NCBI GenBank assembly: GCA_964601515.1 | Contig: CAZRNU010000001.1 | Coordinates: 9,534 to 73,533, forward strand | DNA: 64,000 nt | Direction of reading: 5' to 3' | From: an uncultured Bacteroidales bacterium | GTDB lineage: Bacteria; Bacteroidota; Bacteroidia; Bacteroidales; UBA7960 | Part shown: piece by piece, positions 38,230-47,547 of the stretch | How positions within the stretch are numbered: the first letter of the stretch is position 1 | Layout of the letters: each line of letters opens with the position of its first letter | Program-made: the position numbers and the translations under genes | Notes under the pieces: generated by a model | Databases searched by the model: none | What the model saw: the letters and a program-made list of their open reading frames with translations, nothing else | What the model was told of the DNA's origin: nothing

Positions 38230-39462
38230 ATGGGTATTGAAATTACTTTAGCAGTTGTATTTGTCGGGTTTCTCATATTTGCTGCTTATTTATTTGCGGA
38301 ATTCTTTCGCAGTAAAAACATTCCCGATGTTTTACTTCTAATAATTATAGGTCTTGTTGTTGGTCCTTTAACAGGGCTTTTAAATCAGTCAATGTTTGGG
38401 CACATAGGGAGTGTTTTTTCAAATATTACTCTTGTCATTATTCTTTTTGAGGGGGGAACTAATTTAAAAGCAGAAATAATTAAACAAGCACTAAGAGGTA
38501 CAGCAAAAATTACACTGATTAATTTTTTAACAAGCACATTTCTTACAGGGTTTATTACTTATTATTTTTTCGACTTCGATCCTATTTTGTCATTTATGCT
38601 TGGTGCATTTTTGGGTGGAACAGCATCAGCTATAGTAATTCCCATGGTTGGACAGTTAAAAATGGAACACAACAGCAAAACAATCCTTATTCTGGAATCT
38701 GCGGTTACTGACGTTTTATGTGTAGTAGTGGGGCTTGCCTTTTTTGAGGCATTTAAATTGGGTGAGGTTAGAGTAGCCTCATTGTTTGGAAGCCTCGTAT
38801 CAGGGTTTTTATTGTCTATTATTGTCGGATTTTTAGGTGGATTAGTTTGGTCTTTTTTGCTCAATAAAGTTAGAACAATCAACAACTCAATTTTTACAAC
38901 GCCGGCATTCGTTTTTATTTTGTTTGGAATATCTGAACTTCTTGGGTTCAATGGCGTAATTACTTCATTAATGTTTGGAATTACACTTGCAAACATAGAG
39001 TTGCTTCCTTTAAATCTGATACAGAAATATACCAGATTTACCCCTAATACTCTTAATGAAACTGAAAAGGTTTTCTTTTCTGAAGTAGTTTTTCTGTTGA
39101 AAACTTTCTTCTTTGTTTATATAGGAATATCAATGGTCTTAACTGATTATTTTTCTATGTCGATGGGAGTGCTGCTAACCTGTGTATATTATTTCATTAG
39201 AGTTTTTATAGTGAAAGTGTCTGTTAGCAATAGAATTCCAAAACCTGACAGAATAATTATGGCTATGATGGTTCCAAAAGGTTTGGCTGCTGCTGTATTA
39301 GCATCTCTGCCATATCAGGCAGGGATTGAAGGGGGCGAATTAATTCAGAATATTACTTATTCTACAGTGCTATTTTCAATTGTTGCAAACTCCCTGCTTA
39401 TATTTGCCAACTCGCGTGTGCCGGCAGTAGGAGGTGTTTATGGATTATTTTTTAAATCATAA
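38230..39462 (+). CDS. cation:proton antiporter (Na+/H+ exchanger family, CPA1-like)
   Basis: 410-aa ORF, all membrane, with ~11-12 TM segments. LFEGGTNL, ESAVTDVL and similar contexts are typical of the Na_H_Exchanger family. Confidence 0.8.
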   Translation: MGIEITLAVVFVGFLIFAAYLFAEFFRSKNIPDVLLLIIIGLVVGPLTGLLNQSMFGHIGSVFSNITLVIILFEGGTNLKAEIIKQALRGTAKITLINFLTSTFLTGFITYYFFDFDPILSFMLGAFLGGTASAIVIPMVGQLKMEHNSKTILILESAVTDVLCVVVGLAFFEAFKLGEVRVASLFGSLVSGFLLSIIVGFLGGLVWSFLLNKVRTINNSIFTTPAFVFILFGISELLGFNGVITSLMFGITLANIELLPLNLIQKYTRFTPNTLNETEKVFFSEVVFLLKTFFFVYIGISMVLTDYFSMSMGVLLTCVYYFIRVFIVKVSVSNRIPKPDRIIMAMMVPKGLAAAVLASLPYQAGIEGGELIQNITYSTVLFSIVANSLLIFANSRVPAVGGVYGLFFKS

Positions 39463-39463
39463 T

Positions 39464-40003
39464 ATGAAATTTTTCGATTTAGCCCAGCTTAGGCAAAGTA
39501 CACGAAGATATTCTTCAATGCCCGTTGAACGAGAAAAAATTGATAGAATTATTGAAAGTTGCAGAATAGCTCCGTCGGCCTGTAATTCTCAGCCTTGGAA
39601 GTTTATTGTAATTGATAATCCTGATCTGAAGAAACAAATATCAGACTCTTCTTATGGTTCAGTTTTAAGATTTAATAGGTTTGCTAAAGAATGCCCTGTA
39701 ATGGTAGCTCTAATTATTGAACCTCCAAAGTTCTTGGCAAAGATAGGTGGAGCAATAAAAGACAAGGATTTTTATTTTATGGATATTGGAATTGTTGCCT
39801 CTTATTTCTGTCTTCAGGCTGCCGAACTTGGGCTTGGAACATGTATGCTTGGTTGGTTTGACGAACCTAAGGTGAAAAAGACTTTAGGAATTCCGGCAGG
39901 GAAAAGAGTTGCTCTCTTATTTACTGTTGGGTATGAAGCAGGAAAGCAAAGAACTAAAATCAGAAAAAACATTAAAGATATACTGTCTTATAATAAGTAT
40001 TAA
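39464..40003 (+). CDS. nitroreductase family protein
   Basis: The start is taken at the ATG (MKFFDLAQLRQSTRRY), 1 nt after the antiporter stop. RQSTRRY, APSACNSQPWKFIV and the C-terminal GY motif are typical. Confidence 0.85.
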   Translation: MKFFDLAQLRQSTRRYSSMPVEREKIDRIIESCRIAPSACNSQPWKFIVIDNPDLKKQISDSSYGSVLRFNRFAKECPVMVALIIEPPKFLAKIGGAIKDKDFYFMDIGIVASYFCLQAAELGLGTCMLGWFDEPKVKKTLGIPAGKRVALLFTVGYEAGKQRTKIRKNIKDILSYNKY

Positions 40004-40187
40004 GATTTTGCTTTATTTTGCACTGATTTCTATTGTATTACGTAAAAATAATTGATACATCAGTTTTTTACATCATTTTTGTGTCATTTAAAATTGTTGT
40101 TAATTTAACGAGCATGATTCGTTAATCACAAATACGGATGAAAATCATCATGCGAATTCCATCCGACACATAAAAAATTATTTACGG

Positions 40188-42227
40188 ATGAAAAAGCTAT
40201 TATTAACACTAACTGCATTGGTTATTATGTTATCAGGATGTGATGAAAAAGTTGTTCAAGACAAAATGGGCGTTGTCCCACAGGCTGTAATCGACGAAAC
40301 TATAAATGAATTAGTTGCTGCGAATGGCGAGGAGTCTAAAGAATTAATTTTTAAAGGAGTATCTCAGGTTGCTGCACTATGGAAAAACTCAGACGGCAGC
40401 TCAGACGATTTTAAAGGTTTTTGTATTTCTAATTTTGCAGGTAAGAATGAAGATAAGCAAATACTATTTGAAAAACTTTCAACAAGTTTTGAGTCTATTT
40501 GGGGGTTCTCAAACAGAATGAGTCTTGAACTTATGAAGCCGCTACATCTAGATCAGGGGCCTGTATTGCCGATTGATATGATGTTTGGCAGCTATTCTCC
40601 ATTAGCTCATTTTTATGACGATTTCTTTAGCAATAAAATTGCATTTCTAACTGTTCTAAATTTTCCTTTTTATTCTCTCGACGAGAAAGCTGCTTTATCC
40701 GGCAATTGGGATAGGCTGGATTGGGCTTATGCTAGAATGGGAGATATTTTCACATCAAGAGTTCCTGGAGAAATTAATCAGGAAGCATCTCGTATAGCAA
40801 CTGAATCTGATGCATATATTTCAGAATATAATATTGTTATGGGAAATCTTATAAATGATGAGGGCGAAAAGCTTTTCCCGGATAATATGAACTTGATTAC
40901 ACATTGGGGTTTGCGCGACCAACTTAAAGCTAATTATGGAACTGAAGATGGATTAAAAAAGCAATTGATGATATATCAGGTTATGCAAAGAATAATATCG
41001 CAGGAAATCCCGGAAATGGTTATTAATAATCAGGAAGTTCATTGGAATCCTTATAGCAATGTTGTTTATAAGAATGGCACTGTAATCTCTTCAACTCCTG
41101 AACCAAATACACGTTATAAACATCTTTTAAATAACTTCAAAATTAGCAAAGAAGCTGATGCTTATTCTCCAAGTTATCCAACAGCTATTCATAGAGCTTA
41201 CGACCAGAACCTTGAACTTACCAGAGAAGAAGTTGAGGCATTATTTGTTAACCTTGTCAGCTCTCCTTTGTTGAAAGAAGTTGGGCAGTTAATTAAAAGC
41301 AGATTAGGTCGCGATTTGCAGCCATTTGATATTTGGTACGATGGATTTAAGGCTCGCAGCGGTATTTCTGAAGAGAAACTTAATGATATTACCAGAGCCA
41401 AATATCCAAATGCTGAGGCTTTTGAAAAAGATATCCCAAGAATACTTATTAAACTGGGCTATTCTAAAGATAGAGCCAATTATATTGCTTCAAAAATTAC
41501 TGTTGAAGGTTCCAGAGGCGCAGGACATGCCTGGGGCGCTCAAATGAAATCTCAATTGTCGCATCTCAGAACCAGAATAGTTGAAGGCGGCTTAAACTAT
41601 AATGGCTACAATATTGCAATGCACGAACTAGGCCATAATGTTGAACAAACAATAAGCCTATACGATGTAGATTATTATATGCTTAAAGGAGTTCCTAATA
41701 CGGCATTTACTGAGGCATTGGCATTTATTTTTCAGGTAAGAGATCTTGATATTTTGGGAATGCAAAGTCAAAACCCGGATCTTGAACACCTTCAGGCACT
41801 TGATGTATTTTGGGGTAGTTATGAGATAATGGGCGTTTCGCTTGTTGATATGTATGTTTGGCAGTGGATGTATGAGAATCCTAATGCTACTGAAAAAGAA
41901 TTGAAAGAACAAACAATTAAGATAGCTATTCAGGTTTGGAATGATTATTACGCACCTGTTTTTGGCGTCAATGATTCTCCAATTCTAGCAATATATTCTC
42001 ATATGATAAGCTATCCTCTTTATTTGGCAGCATATCCACTTGGTCATCTTATTGAGTTTCAACTCGAAGGTCAGATGAAAGGAAAAAATGTTGCAAATGA
42101 AATTGATAGGGCTTTTACAACCGGAAAAATAATACCTCAGGAATGGATGAAGGTAGCAGTTGGCGAACCAATATCAAACCAACCAATGTTTGATGCTATT
42201 GAAAAGGCATTAAAACACATCAAATAA
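40188..42227 (+). CDS. lipoprotein, putative zinc metallopeptidase (HEXXH)
   Basis: 679-aa ORF with a lipobox (LTALVIMLSGCDEK) and a single HEXXH (IAMHELGHNVEQ), with a downstream E in TEALAFIFQ. I cannot assign the family by eye. Confidence 0.6.
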   Translation: MKKLLLTLTALVIMLSGCDEKVVQDKMGVVPQAVIDETINELVAANGEESKELIFKGVSQVAALWKNSDGSSDDFKGFCISNFAGKNEDKQILFEKLSTSFESIWGFSNRMSLELMKPLHLDQGPVLPIDMMFGSYSPLAHFYDDFFSNKIAFLTVLNFPFYSLDEKAALSGNWDRLDWAYARMGDIFTSRVPGEINQEASRIATESDAYISEYNIVMGNLINDEGEKLFPDNMNLITHWGLRDQLKANYGTEDGLKKQLMIYQVMQRIISQEIPEMVINNQEVHWNPYSNVVYKNGTVISSTPEPNTRYKHLLNNFKISKEADAYSPSYPTAIHRAYDQNLELTREEVEALFVNLVSSPLLKEVGQLIKSRLGRDLQPFDIWYDGFKARSGISEEKLNDITRAKYPNAEAFEKDIPRILIKLGYSKDRANYIASKITVEGSRGAGHAWGAQMKSQLSHLRTRIVEGGLNYNGYNIAMHELGHNVEQTISLYDVDYYMLKGVPNTAFTEALAFIFQVRDLDILGMQSQNPDLEHLQALDVFWGSYEIMGVSLVDMYVWQWMYENPNATEKELKEQTIKIAIQVWNDYYAPVFGVNDSPILAIYSHMISYPLYLAAYPLGHLIEFQLEGQMKGKNVANEIDRAFTTGKIIPQEWMKVAVGEPISNQPMFDAIEKALKHIK

Positions 42228-42232
42228 TATAA

Positions 42233-42349
42233 CTGTAGAGACGCCATGCTGGCGTCTCTACAGTTTATTATCACATGGGAGACGCTAACATGTTATCTCC
42301 CTGGGTTTTTAAAAAATAAGAGACGCCAGCATGACGTCTCTTATTTTTT
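42233..42349. repeat. three hairpins of the AGAGACGCC..GGCGTCTCT family between convergent genes (probable bidirectional terminators)
   Basis: Hairpin 42233-42263 is CTGTAGAGACGCCA-tgc-TGGCGTCTCTACAG. Hairpin 42277-42301 is a degenerate copy (GGGAGACGCTAACATGTTATCTCCC). Hairpin 42311-42349 is AAAAAATAAGAGACG-ccagcatga-CGTCTCTTATTTTTT. Confidence 0.75.
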
Positions 42350-42374
42350 ATATTTACCAAATCCAAGAAATATT

Positions 42375-42953
42375 CTACATCAACCCTTCAACCACCCTTG
42401 GGTAATTTAGTAATTCTAGTTTTCTAACTTTTTTCTCTAAAGATTCCGGAGTGTCTTCAGCAAATATTTTACATGCTGCCTGAAAAATAACTCTTCCTTG
42501 GTCATATTCTTCATTCACATAATGTATGCTTATTCCACTTTTTGAATCTCCTGACTCCATCACAGCTTTGTGAACATTCATCCCGTACATTCCTTTACCA
42601 CCGTATTTTGGCAAAAGTGCAGGATGAATGTTTACTATCTTTTTTGAATATGCTTTGATAAAATATGGAGGTATTAGGGATAAATATCCTGCTAAAACAA
42701 CGAAAGTAATGCCATGTTCTTTGAAAACCCCAAGTACATATTCTTCGTCTTTCCATTTGTTTTTATCAATTACAATGTTTGGTATTTGCGCAATTTCAGC
42801 CCTTTTTAGAGCATATGCGAATGGATTATCACTAACAACCAAAGCAATAGTTATATCATAATGAATTCTGAAATAATTTATAAAGTTTTGAACATTAGTT
42901 CCATTGCCCGATGCAAGCAGAGCTATTCTGTTTTTGGGATTGTAAGTGGTCAT
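42375..42953 (-). CDS. purN: phosphoribosylglycinamide formyltransferase
   Basis: The start is taken at the ATG at 42953 (MTTYNPKNRIALLASGNGTN); the ORF-track TTG adds 12 aa. NIHPALLPKYGGKGMYG and the formyltransferase core are recognisable. Confidence 0.88.
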   Translation of the reverse strand: MTTYNPKNRIALLASGNGTNVQNFINYFRIHYDITIALVVSDNPFAYALKRAEIAQIPNIVIDKNKWKDEEYVLGVFKEHGITFVVLAGYLSLIPPYFIKAYSKKIVNIHPALLPKYGGKGMYGMNVHKAVMESGDSKSGISIHYVNEEYDQGRVIFQAACKIFAEDTPESLEKKVRKLELLNYPRVVEGLM

Positions 42954-43146
42954 GTCAATTTTGTTAGGGTTGTCAAATTTGATAGTCAAAAGACAAATAT
43001 AGTTAAAATCAGTGATTGTTTTTTATTGTAAAATAAAAAGTTTGAACTAATAAATTAGTTAGATATAATTTACAGTATAACAAATTCTTACGTATTAAAA
43101 ATCAAAATTGAACTTAAAAAAGTTGTTTGTGTAGTAATTAATATTT

Positions 43147-43154
43147 TATCTTTG
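43147..43154 (+). promoter_or_regulatory. -7 promoter box for acpP-fabF-rnc
   Basis: TATCTTTG matches TAnnTTTG and lies 32 nt upstream of the acpP ATG. An AAGGAGA purine tract at 43174-43180 precedes the start. Confidence 0.5.
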
Positions 43155-43186
43155 CACACTGTAAAACAAAAAAAAGGAGAAATACT

Positions 43187-43423
43187 ATGTCTGACATTAC
43201 ATCAAGAGTTAAAGCTATTATCGTTGATAAGCTTGGCGTAGACGAAAAAGAAGTAACCCCAGAAGCTAGCTTCACAAATGATTTAGGGGCAGATTCACTA
43301 GATACAGTGGAGCTGATTATGGAATTTGAAAAGGAATTTAACATTGCTATTCCTGACGACCAAGCAGAAAAGATTAACACCGTTGGTGATGCTATATCTT
43401 ACATTCAAAACAACAACAAGTAA
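43187..43423 (+). CDS. acpP: acyl carrier protein
   Basis: 78-aa ORF with the phosphopantetheine attachment motif [17 protein letters not shown]. Confidence 0.95.
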   Translation: MSDITSRVKAIIVDKLGVDEKEVTPEASFTNDLGADSLDTVELIMEFEKEFNIAIPDDQAEKINTVGDAISYIQNNNK

Positions 43424-43440
43424 AACTTAAGTAGCTTTAC

Positions 43441-44694
43441 ATGAACTTTAGAAGAGTAGTCGTAACAGGATTAGGCGCTCTTACCCCAATAGGCAATACC
43501 GTTCCTGAGTATTGGAACGGATTGCTTAATGGTGTTAGTGGAGCCGGCCCGATCACAAGGTTTGATGCGTCAAAATTTAAAACCCGAATAGCTTGTGAAG
43601 TAAAAAATTACAATTGGGAAAATTATTTTGACCGTAAAGACGTTCGTAAGTACGACCGTTTCACTCAGTATGCCATGATAGTAGCCGACGAGGCCATTGC
43701 CGATGCAAAATTAGATGTAAGCAAATTGGACTTGGATCGTGCCGGTGTTATTTGGGGTAGTGGAATTGGCGGTTTGGAAACTTTATTGCAAGAAGTAACT
43801 GACTTTATTAAAGGTGACAGCATCCCAAGATTTAGTCCTTTCTTTATACCAAAAATGATTGCAGATATTCCTGCCGGTCATATTTCTATTAAGTATGGCT
43901 TTAGAGGGCCAAACTTTACAACAACTTCTGCTTGTGCATCCGCAGCAAATGCTCTAATAGATGCGTTGAATTTTATCAGACTTAATAAAGCTGATATTTT
44001 TGTTACCGGTGGTTCTGAAGCTGCCGTTGTTGAACCTGGTATAGGTGGCTTTAGTGCAATGAAAGCTGTTTCTGAGAGAAATGATGACCCAAAAACTGCC
44101 TCTCGACCATTTGATAAAGACCGTGATGGCTTTGTTCTTGGAGAAGGTGGTGGCGCAATTATTTTTGAAGAATTAGAACACGCTAAGAAACGTGGTGCAA
44201 AAATTTATTGTGAAGTTGCCGGTGGTGGTTTGTCTGCTGATGCAAGTCATATGACTGCCCCTCATCCGGAAGGACTTGGAGCAAGAAATGTTATGAAATA
44301 TGCACTGGAAGATGGCGGTTTAAAAACTACTGATGTTGATCATATAAATACACATGGAACCTCAACTCCTGTGGGAGACATCGCAGAGCCAAAAGCAATT
44401 GTTAGCCTATTTGGCGAACATGCATACAAGATTGCAATAAATTCTACTAAATCAATGACCGGTCACTTACTTGGTGCTGCAGGTGTTGTTGAAGCTATTG
44501 CTGCAATTCTTGCAACTGTTAATGATATTGTTCCACCAACAATAAATCACTTTACCGACGATCCGGAGATTGATAGTAAACTTAACTTTACATACAATAA
44601 AGCGGTTAAAAGAACTATTAATGTTGCGCTTAGCAATACCTTCGGTTTTGGTGGCCATAATGCATGTTTGGCATTTAAAAAGTATGTTGAATAG
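43441..44694 (+). CDS. fabF: beta-ketoacyl-ACP synthase II
   Basis: 417-aa ORF with RRVVVTGLGALTPIG, the active-site context TTTSACASAANAL, the HGTSTPVGD and SMTGHLLGAAG His contexts, and the C-terminal NTFGFGGHN. Confidence 0.95.
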   Translation: MNFRRVVVTGLGALTPIGNTVPEYWNGLLNGVSGAGPITRFDASKFKTRIACEVKNYNWENYFDRKDVRKYDRFTQYAMIVADEAIADAKLDVSKLDLDRAGVIWGSGIGGLETLLQEVTDFIKGDSIPRFSPFFIPKMIADIPAGHISIKYGFRGPNFTTTSACASAANALIDALNFIRLNKADIFVTGGSEAAVVEPGIGGFSAMKAVSERNDDPKTASRPFDKDRDGFVLGEGGGAIIFEELEHAKKRGAKIYCEVAGGGLSADASHMTAPHPEGLGARNVMKYALEDGGLKTTDVDHINTHGTSTPVGDIAEPKAIVSLFGEHAYKIAINSTKSMTGHLLGAAGVVEAIAAILATVNDIVPPTINHFTDDPEIDSKLNFTYNKAVKRTINVALSNTFGFGGHNACLAFKKYVE

Positions 44695-44699
44695 ACTTT

Positions 44700-45440
44700 T
44701 TGATTGATTTGACTTTTTTAAGAATATTCAAAAAAAAAATTACAGCCTCCGACAGAAAACTTTCGGAGGCTGTTAAAAATATATTCGGGTATAAACCTAG
44801 AAATATTGCATTATATAAACTTGCATTTCGTCATAAATCTGCAGCAATTGAAATTATTAATGGAGTAAAACACTGTAATGAAAGGCTTGAATATTTGGGC
44901 GATGCAGTGTTAAGCTCTATAGTTGCAGATTTTCTTTTTAAAAAATTTCCATATAAAGACGAAGGGTTCCTAACAGAAATAAGATCGAGATTGGTTAATC
45001 GAAATAATTTAAACAATCTTTCCAGAAAACTTGGGCTTGATAAGCTTGTTTTGTCATCTGTTGATAATGGTTTTATGGGGTCTTCTATCACGGGTGATGC
45101 TTTTGAAGCCTTTGTTGGCGCACTTTATCTTGATAAAGGCTATGTGTTTACTCAAAAAATTATTATCAATAAGGTATTGAATACTTATATGGACATAGAT
45201 GATATTGTTCAGAAGGAAGTAAACTTCAAAAGTAAAATAATTGAATATACTCAAAAAGAGAAAAGACAAATGGAGTTTGTAATTGCTGAAGAGTCTGAAA
45301 ATGGCAAAAAGCAAAAAATATACGAAGTTAATCTGATTATCGACGGTAAAATAGTTGCCTCAGGCAAAGATTATTCAATTAAAAAAGCCGAACAAAATGC
45401 AGCTGCGTCTGCTTGGGCAAAGCTTTTCCCTTGTGTTTAA
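44700..45440 (+). CDS. rnc: ribonuclease III
   Basis: 246-aa ORF with the RNase III signature ERLEYLGDAVL, the catalytic EAFVGALYLD and a C-terminal dsRBD (KSKIIEYTQKE...AEQNAAASAW). It has an apparent TTG start 5 nt after fabF, with no upstream in-frame ATG. Confidence 0.88.
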   Translation: MIDLTFLRIFKKKITASDRKLSEAVKNIFGYKPRNIALYKLAFRHKSAAIEIINGVKHCNERLEYLGDAVLSSIVADFLFKKFPYKDEGFLTEIRSRLVNRNNLNNLSRKLGLDKLVLSSVDNGFMGSSITGDAFEAFVGALYLDKGYVFTQKIIINKVLNTYMDIDDIVQKEVNFKSKIIEYTQKEKRQMEFVIAEESENGKKQKIYEVNLIIDGKIVASGKDYSIKKAEQNAAASAWAKLFPCV

Positions 45441-45525
45441 CACTTTTATTAAGGTTTTTGTTAATCCGCTAATTTATTTTTAACTTTAATGCCTGAATTC
45501 CAATTAATTCCGGCAAGATATTCTT

Positions 45526-46020
45526 ATGGCAAAAAAGCTATCACTTAATGTATTATATAGGCCTGAATATAAGGTAATTGGAGTATTTTGTCCGGTAAAA
45601 GATTATAGGTTTTGCTGGATGATTAATGAAAGTCTTGGCTATTCTTTTAATCATTTTGGTATATTTCCAACATCGTTTTCGGAAGAAAAAAATCCTCATT
45701 TTTTTAACGTTTTTGAATATTATAATGAGCTGTTAAACTTGCGATTGTTTATTGTAAACAACAGGAATTCTTCACGCAGTATATTTCAAAGTCCTCCTTT
45801 ACTAGACTATCTTTTAATAATTGATGCAAATGAATCACGCCACAATCTAAATAAAATTCTTTCCGATATTAGATCTATAAATTCTGTGAATGCAGCTTAT
45901 TTTCTTGATAATCTACTTGGCAAGCAGTCTGATCAGGTATTTTATGATTTTGAACTTTTTGTTACTGATACAGATAATGCTTTAAGGATAAAGCAGATTA
46001 AGTATAATGAGGCAATTTAA
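45526..46020 (+). CDS. conserved hypothetical protein (possibly IPExxxVDY-family, which I recall sitting next to rnc in Bacteroidota)
   Basis: 164-aa ORF with no recognisable catalytic motif. The family guess rests only on position after rnc and a weak match (FQSPPLLDY) to the name motif. Confidence 0.5.
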   Translation: MAKKLSLNVLYRPEYKVIGVFCPVKDYRFCWMINESLGYSFNHFGIFPTSFSEEKNPHFFNVFEYYNELLNLRLFIVNNRNSSRSIFQSPPLLDYLLIIDANESRHNLNKILSDIRSINSVNAAYFLDNLLGKQSDQVFYDFELFVTDTDNALRIKQIKYNEAI

Positions 46021-46730
46021 AAAGTTAGTATCATTGATAATGTTGCCGAATTATTTGAATAAGAAGGTGATATAAATAAAATATCAGGCATTTTATTTAT
46101 AGCATAACCCGTTAAAAGACCTATTATACAACCGACAAACATATCAGATGCCCAATGCTGACTCCGATACACTCTTGAAAAAGAAGATATTGTTGCAAAT
46201 GAATATGCCACCGGAGCAACCCACGGATAGTCGTTAAATTCTTTTGATGCAACTACTGCCAATGCGAATGCAGAAGAAGCATGACCACTAGGAAAAGATG
46301 CATTTTCCGAATTAAAAGAAAAGCCATGCCATACATTTTTGTCAAGTTCTTGCTGTTCGTAAGGCCTTTCTCTATGAAGCATATATTTGGGGATATATGC
46401 TATTGTTCTTGAAAGTAAGAATGCTTTTGTGCCTTGAATTGCAAAATCTGAAAATTCGTTTCTTTCCTTATTTTTCCCATAAACATAACTTATTGCTAAA
46501 AGGGGTAGTGAAGCATAACCACCGCCTACGGGTTCAAAAAAATACTTCCCCGTTGAATATAAATATGCATTGTTGTTTTCTGCTAGATAAGAACTGACTT
46601 CTTCGTCATAGTAAAAAGACAAAACGCCTGCTCCTGCAGCTATACCGGCGGCAATTAATTCCTGTGGGTATGCCTTTTTAATAGAAGATAGTAATACTAT
46701 AAGGCATAAAATGATTATTCGGGAACTCAT
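46017..46730 (-). CDS. PAP2-family phosphatase (membrane)
   Basis: 237-aa ORF with PAP2 motifs KxxxxxxRP (HRERP), SFPSGHAS and SRVYRSQHWASD. Its stop overlaps the convergent gene's stop (TTAA at 46017-46020). Confidence 0.85.
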   Translation of the reverse strand: MSSRIIILCLIVLLSSIKKAYPQELIAAGIAAGAGVLSFYYDEEVSSYLAENNNAYLYSTGKYFFEPVGGGYASLPLLAISYVYGKNKERNEFSDFAIQGTKAFLLSRTIAYIPKYMLHRERPYEQQELDKNVWHGFSFNSENASFPSGHASSAFALAVVASKEFNDYPWVAPVAYSFATISSFSRVYRSQHWASDMFVGCIIGLLTGYAINKMPDILFISPSYSNNSATLSMILTF

Positions 46731-47506
46731 TTTCCGGGTTTAAGTTTTTTAGCTTCATTCCAAAACACATCCATCTCTGCCAGAGTCATCCTTTTCAAAT
46801 CTTTGCCGTTCTTATTTGCATTCTCCTCAAGGTACTCAAATCTTTGAATAAACTTTTTGTTTGTTTTTTCAAGAGCATTTTCGGGATTAACATTTATAAA
46901 CCTACTGTAATTAATAAGTGCAAACATTAAATCTCCAAACTCCTCTTCAATTTTTTCATGACTGGCCCCTGAATCAACTTCATCCTTTAATTCCTGTAGT
47001 TCTTCCGTAACTTTATTCCATACCTGTTCAGGTTTTTCCCAATCAAATCCAACTCCTCTGGCTTTTTCCTGAATTCTGTATGCTTTCACCATTGATGGCA
47101 AAGATTTTGGCACTCCTGACAGAACCTTTTTCTTTCCCTCCCCAAGTTTAATTTTTTCCCAGTTTTCCTTCACCTGCTCATCATTGTCAACTTTCACATC
47201 GCTGTATATATGAGGATGCCTCCTTATAAGCTTACTATTTATGTCGTTTAGAACATCAGTTATATTGAAATCATCGGTTTCTGAGGCTATTTTAGCATAG
47301 AAAACTACGTGCAGAATTAAATCACCAAGTTCCTTTTTAATTTCGGGGATATCTTTCTCTATAATAGCATCCGCTAATTCATAAGTTTCTTCAATTGTAA
47401 GATGTCGCAAGCTTTCAAATGTCTGTTTTTTATCCCAGGGGCAGTTTTCCCTAAGTTCATCCATTATTTCCAGCAATTTTTTAAATGCCTCCAGTGATTC
47501 GTTCAT
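46727..47506 (-). CDS. mazG: nucleoside triphosphate pyrophosphohydrolase MazG
   Basis: The start is taken at the ATG at 47506 (MNESLEAFKKLLEIMDELRENCPWDKKQT). It has tandem MazG domains (EETYELADAI..ELGDLILHVVFY and EEFGDLMFALINYSRF). The longer ORF-track start would overlap the upstream gene. Confidence 0.88.
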   Translation of the reverse strand: MNESLEAFKKLLEIMDELRENCPWDKKQTFESLRHLTIEETYELADAIIEKDIPEIKKELGDLILHVVFYAKIASETDDFNITDVLNDINSKLIRRHPHIYSDVKVDNDEQVKENWEKIKLGEGKKKVLSGVPKSLPSMVKAYRIQEKARGVGFDWEKPEQVWNKVTEELQELKDEVDSGASHEKIEEEFGDLMFALINYSRFINVNPENALEKTNKKFIQRFEYLEENANKNGKDLKRMTLAEMDVFWNEAKKLKPGK

Positions 47507-47520
47507 TTTTTTGTTTTTTG

Positions 47521-47528
47521 CAAAGGTA
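47521..47528 (-). promoter_or_regulatory. -7 promoter box for mazG
   Basis: The minus strand reads TACCTTTG, 15 nt upstream of the ATG at 47506 and downstream of the stop of the methyltransferase gene at 47548. Confidence 0.4.
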
Positions 47529-47547
47529 AAAACAAAACTATCTTTAT

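Noticed and set aside
23006-42349. GAGACG/CGTCTC (Esp3I/BsmBI) site pairs suggesting an engineered Golden-Gate-type stuffer.
   Set aside because: The sites are part of native-looking terminator hairpins at gene 3' ends, with degenerate copies. The surrounding sequence is an ordinary chromosomal context with no vector features.
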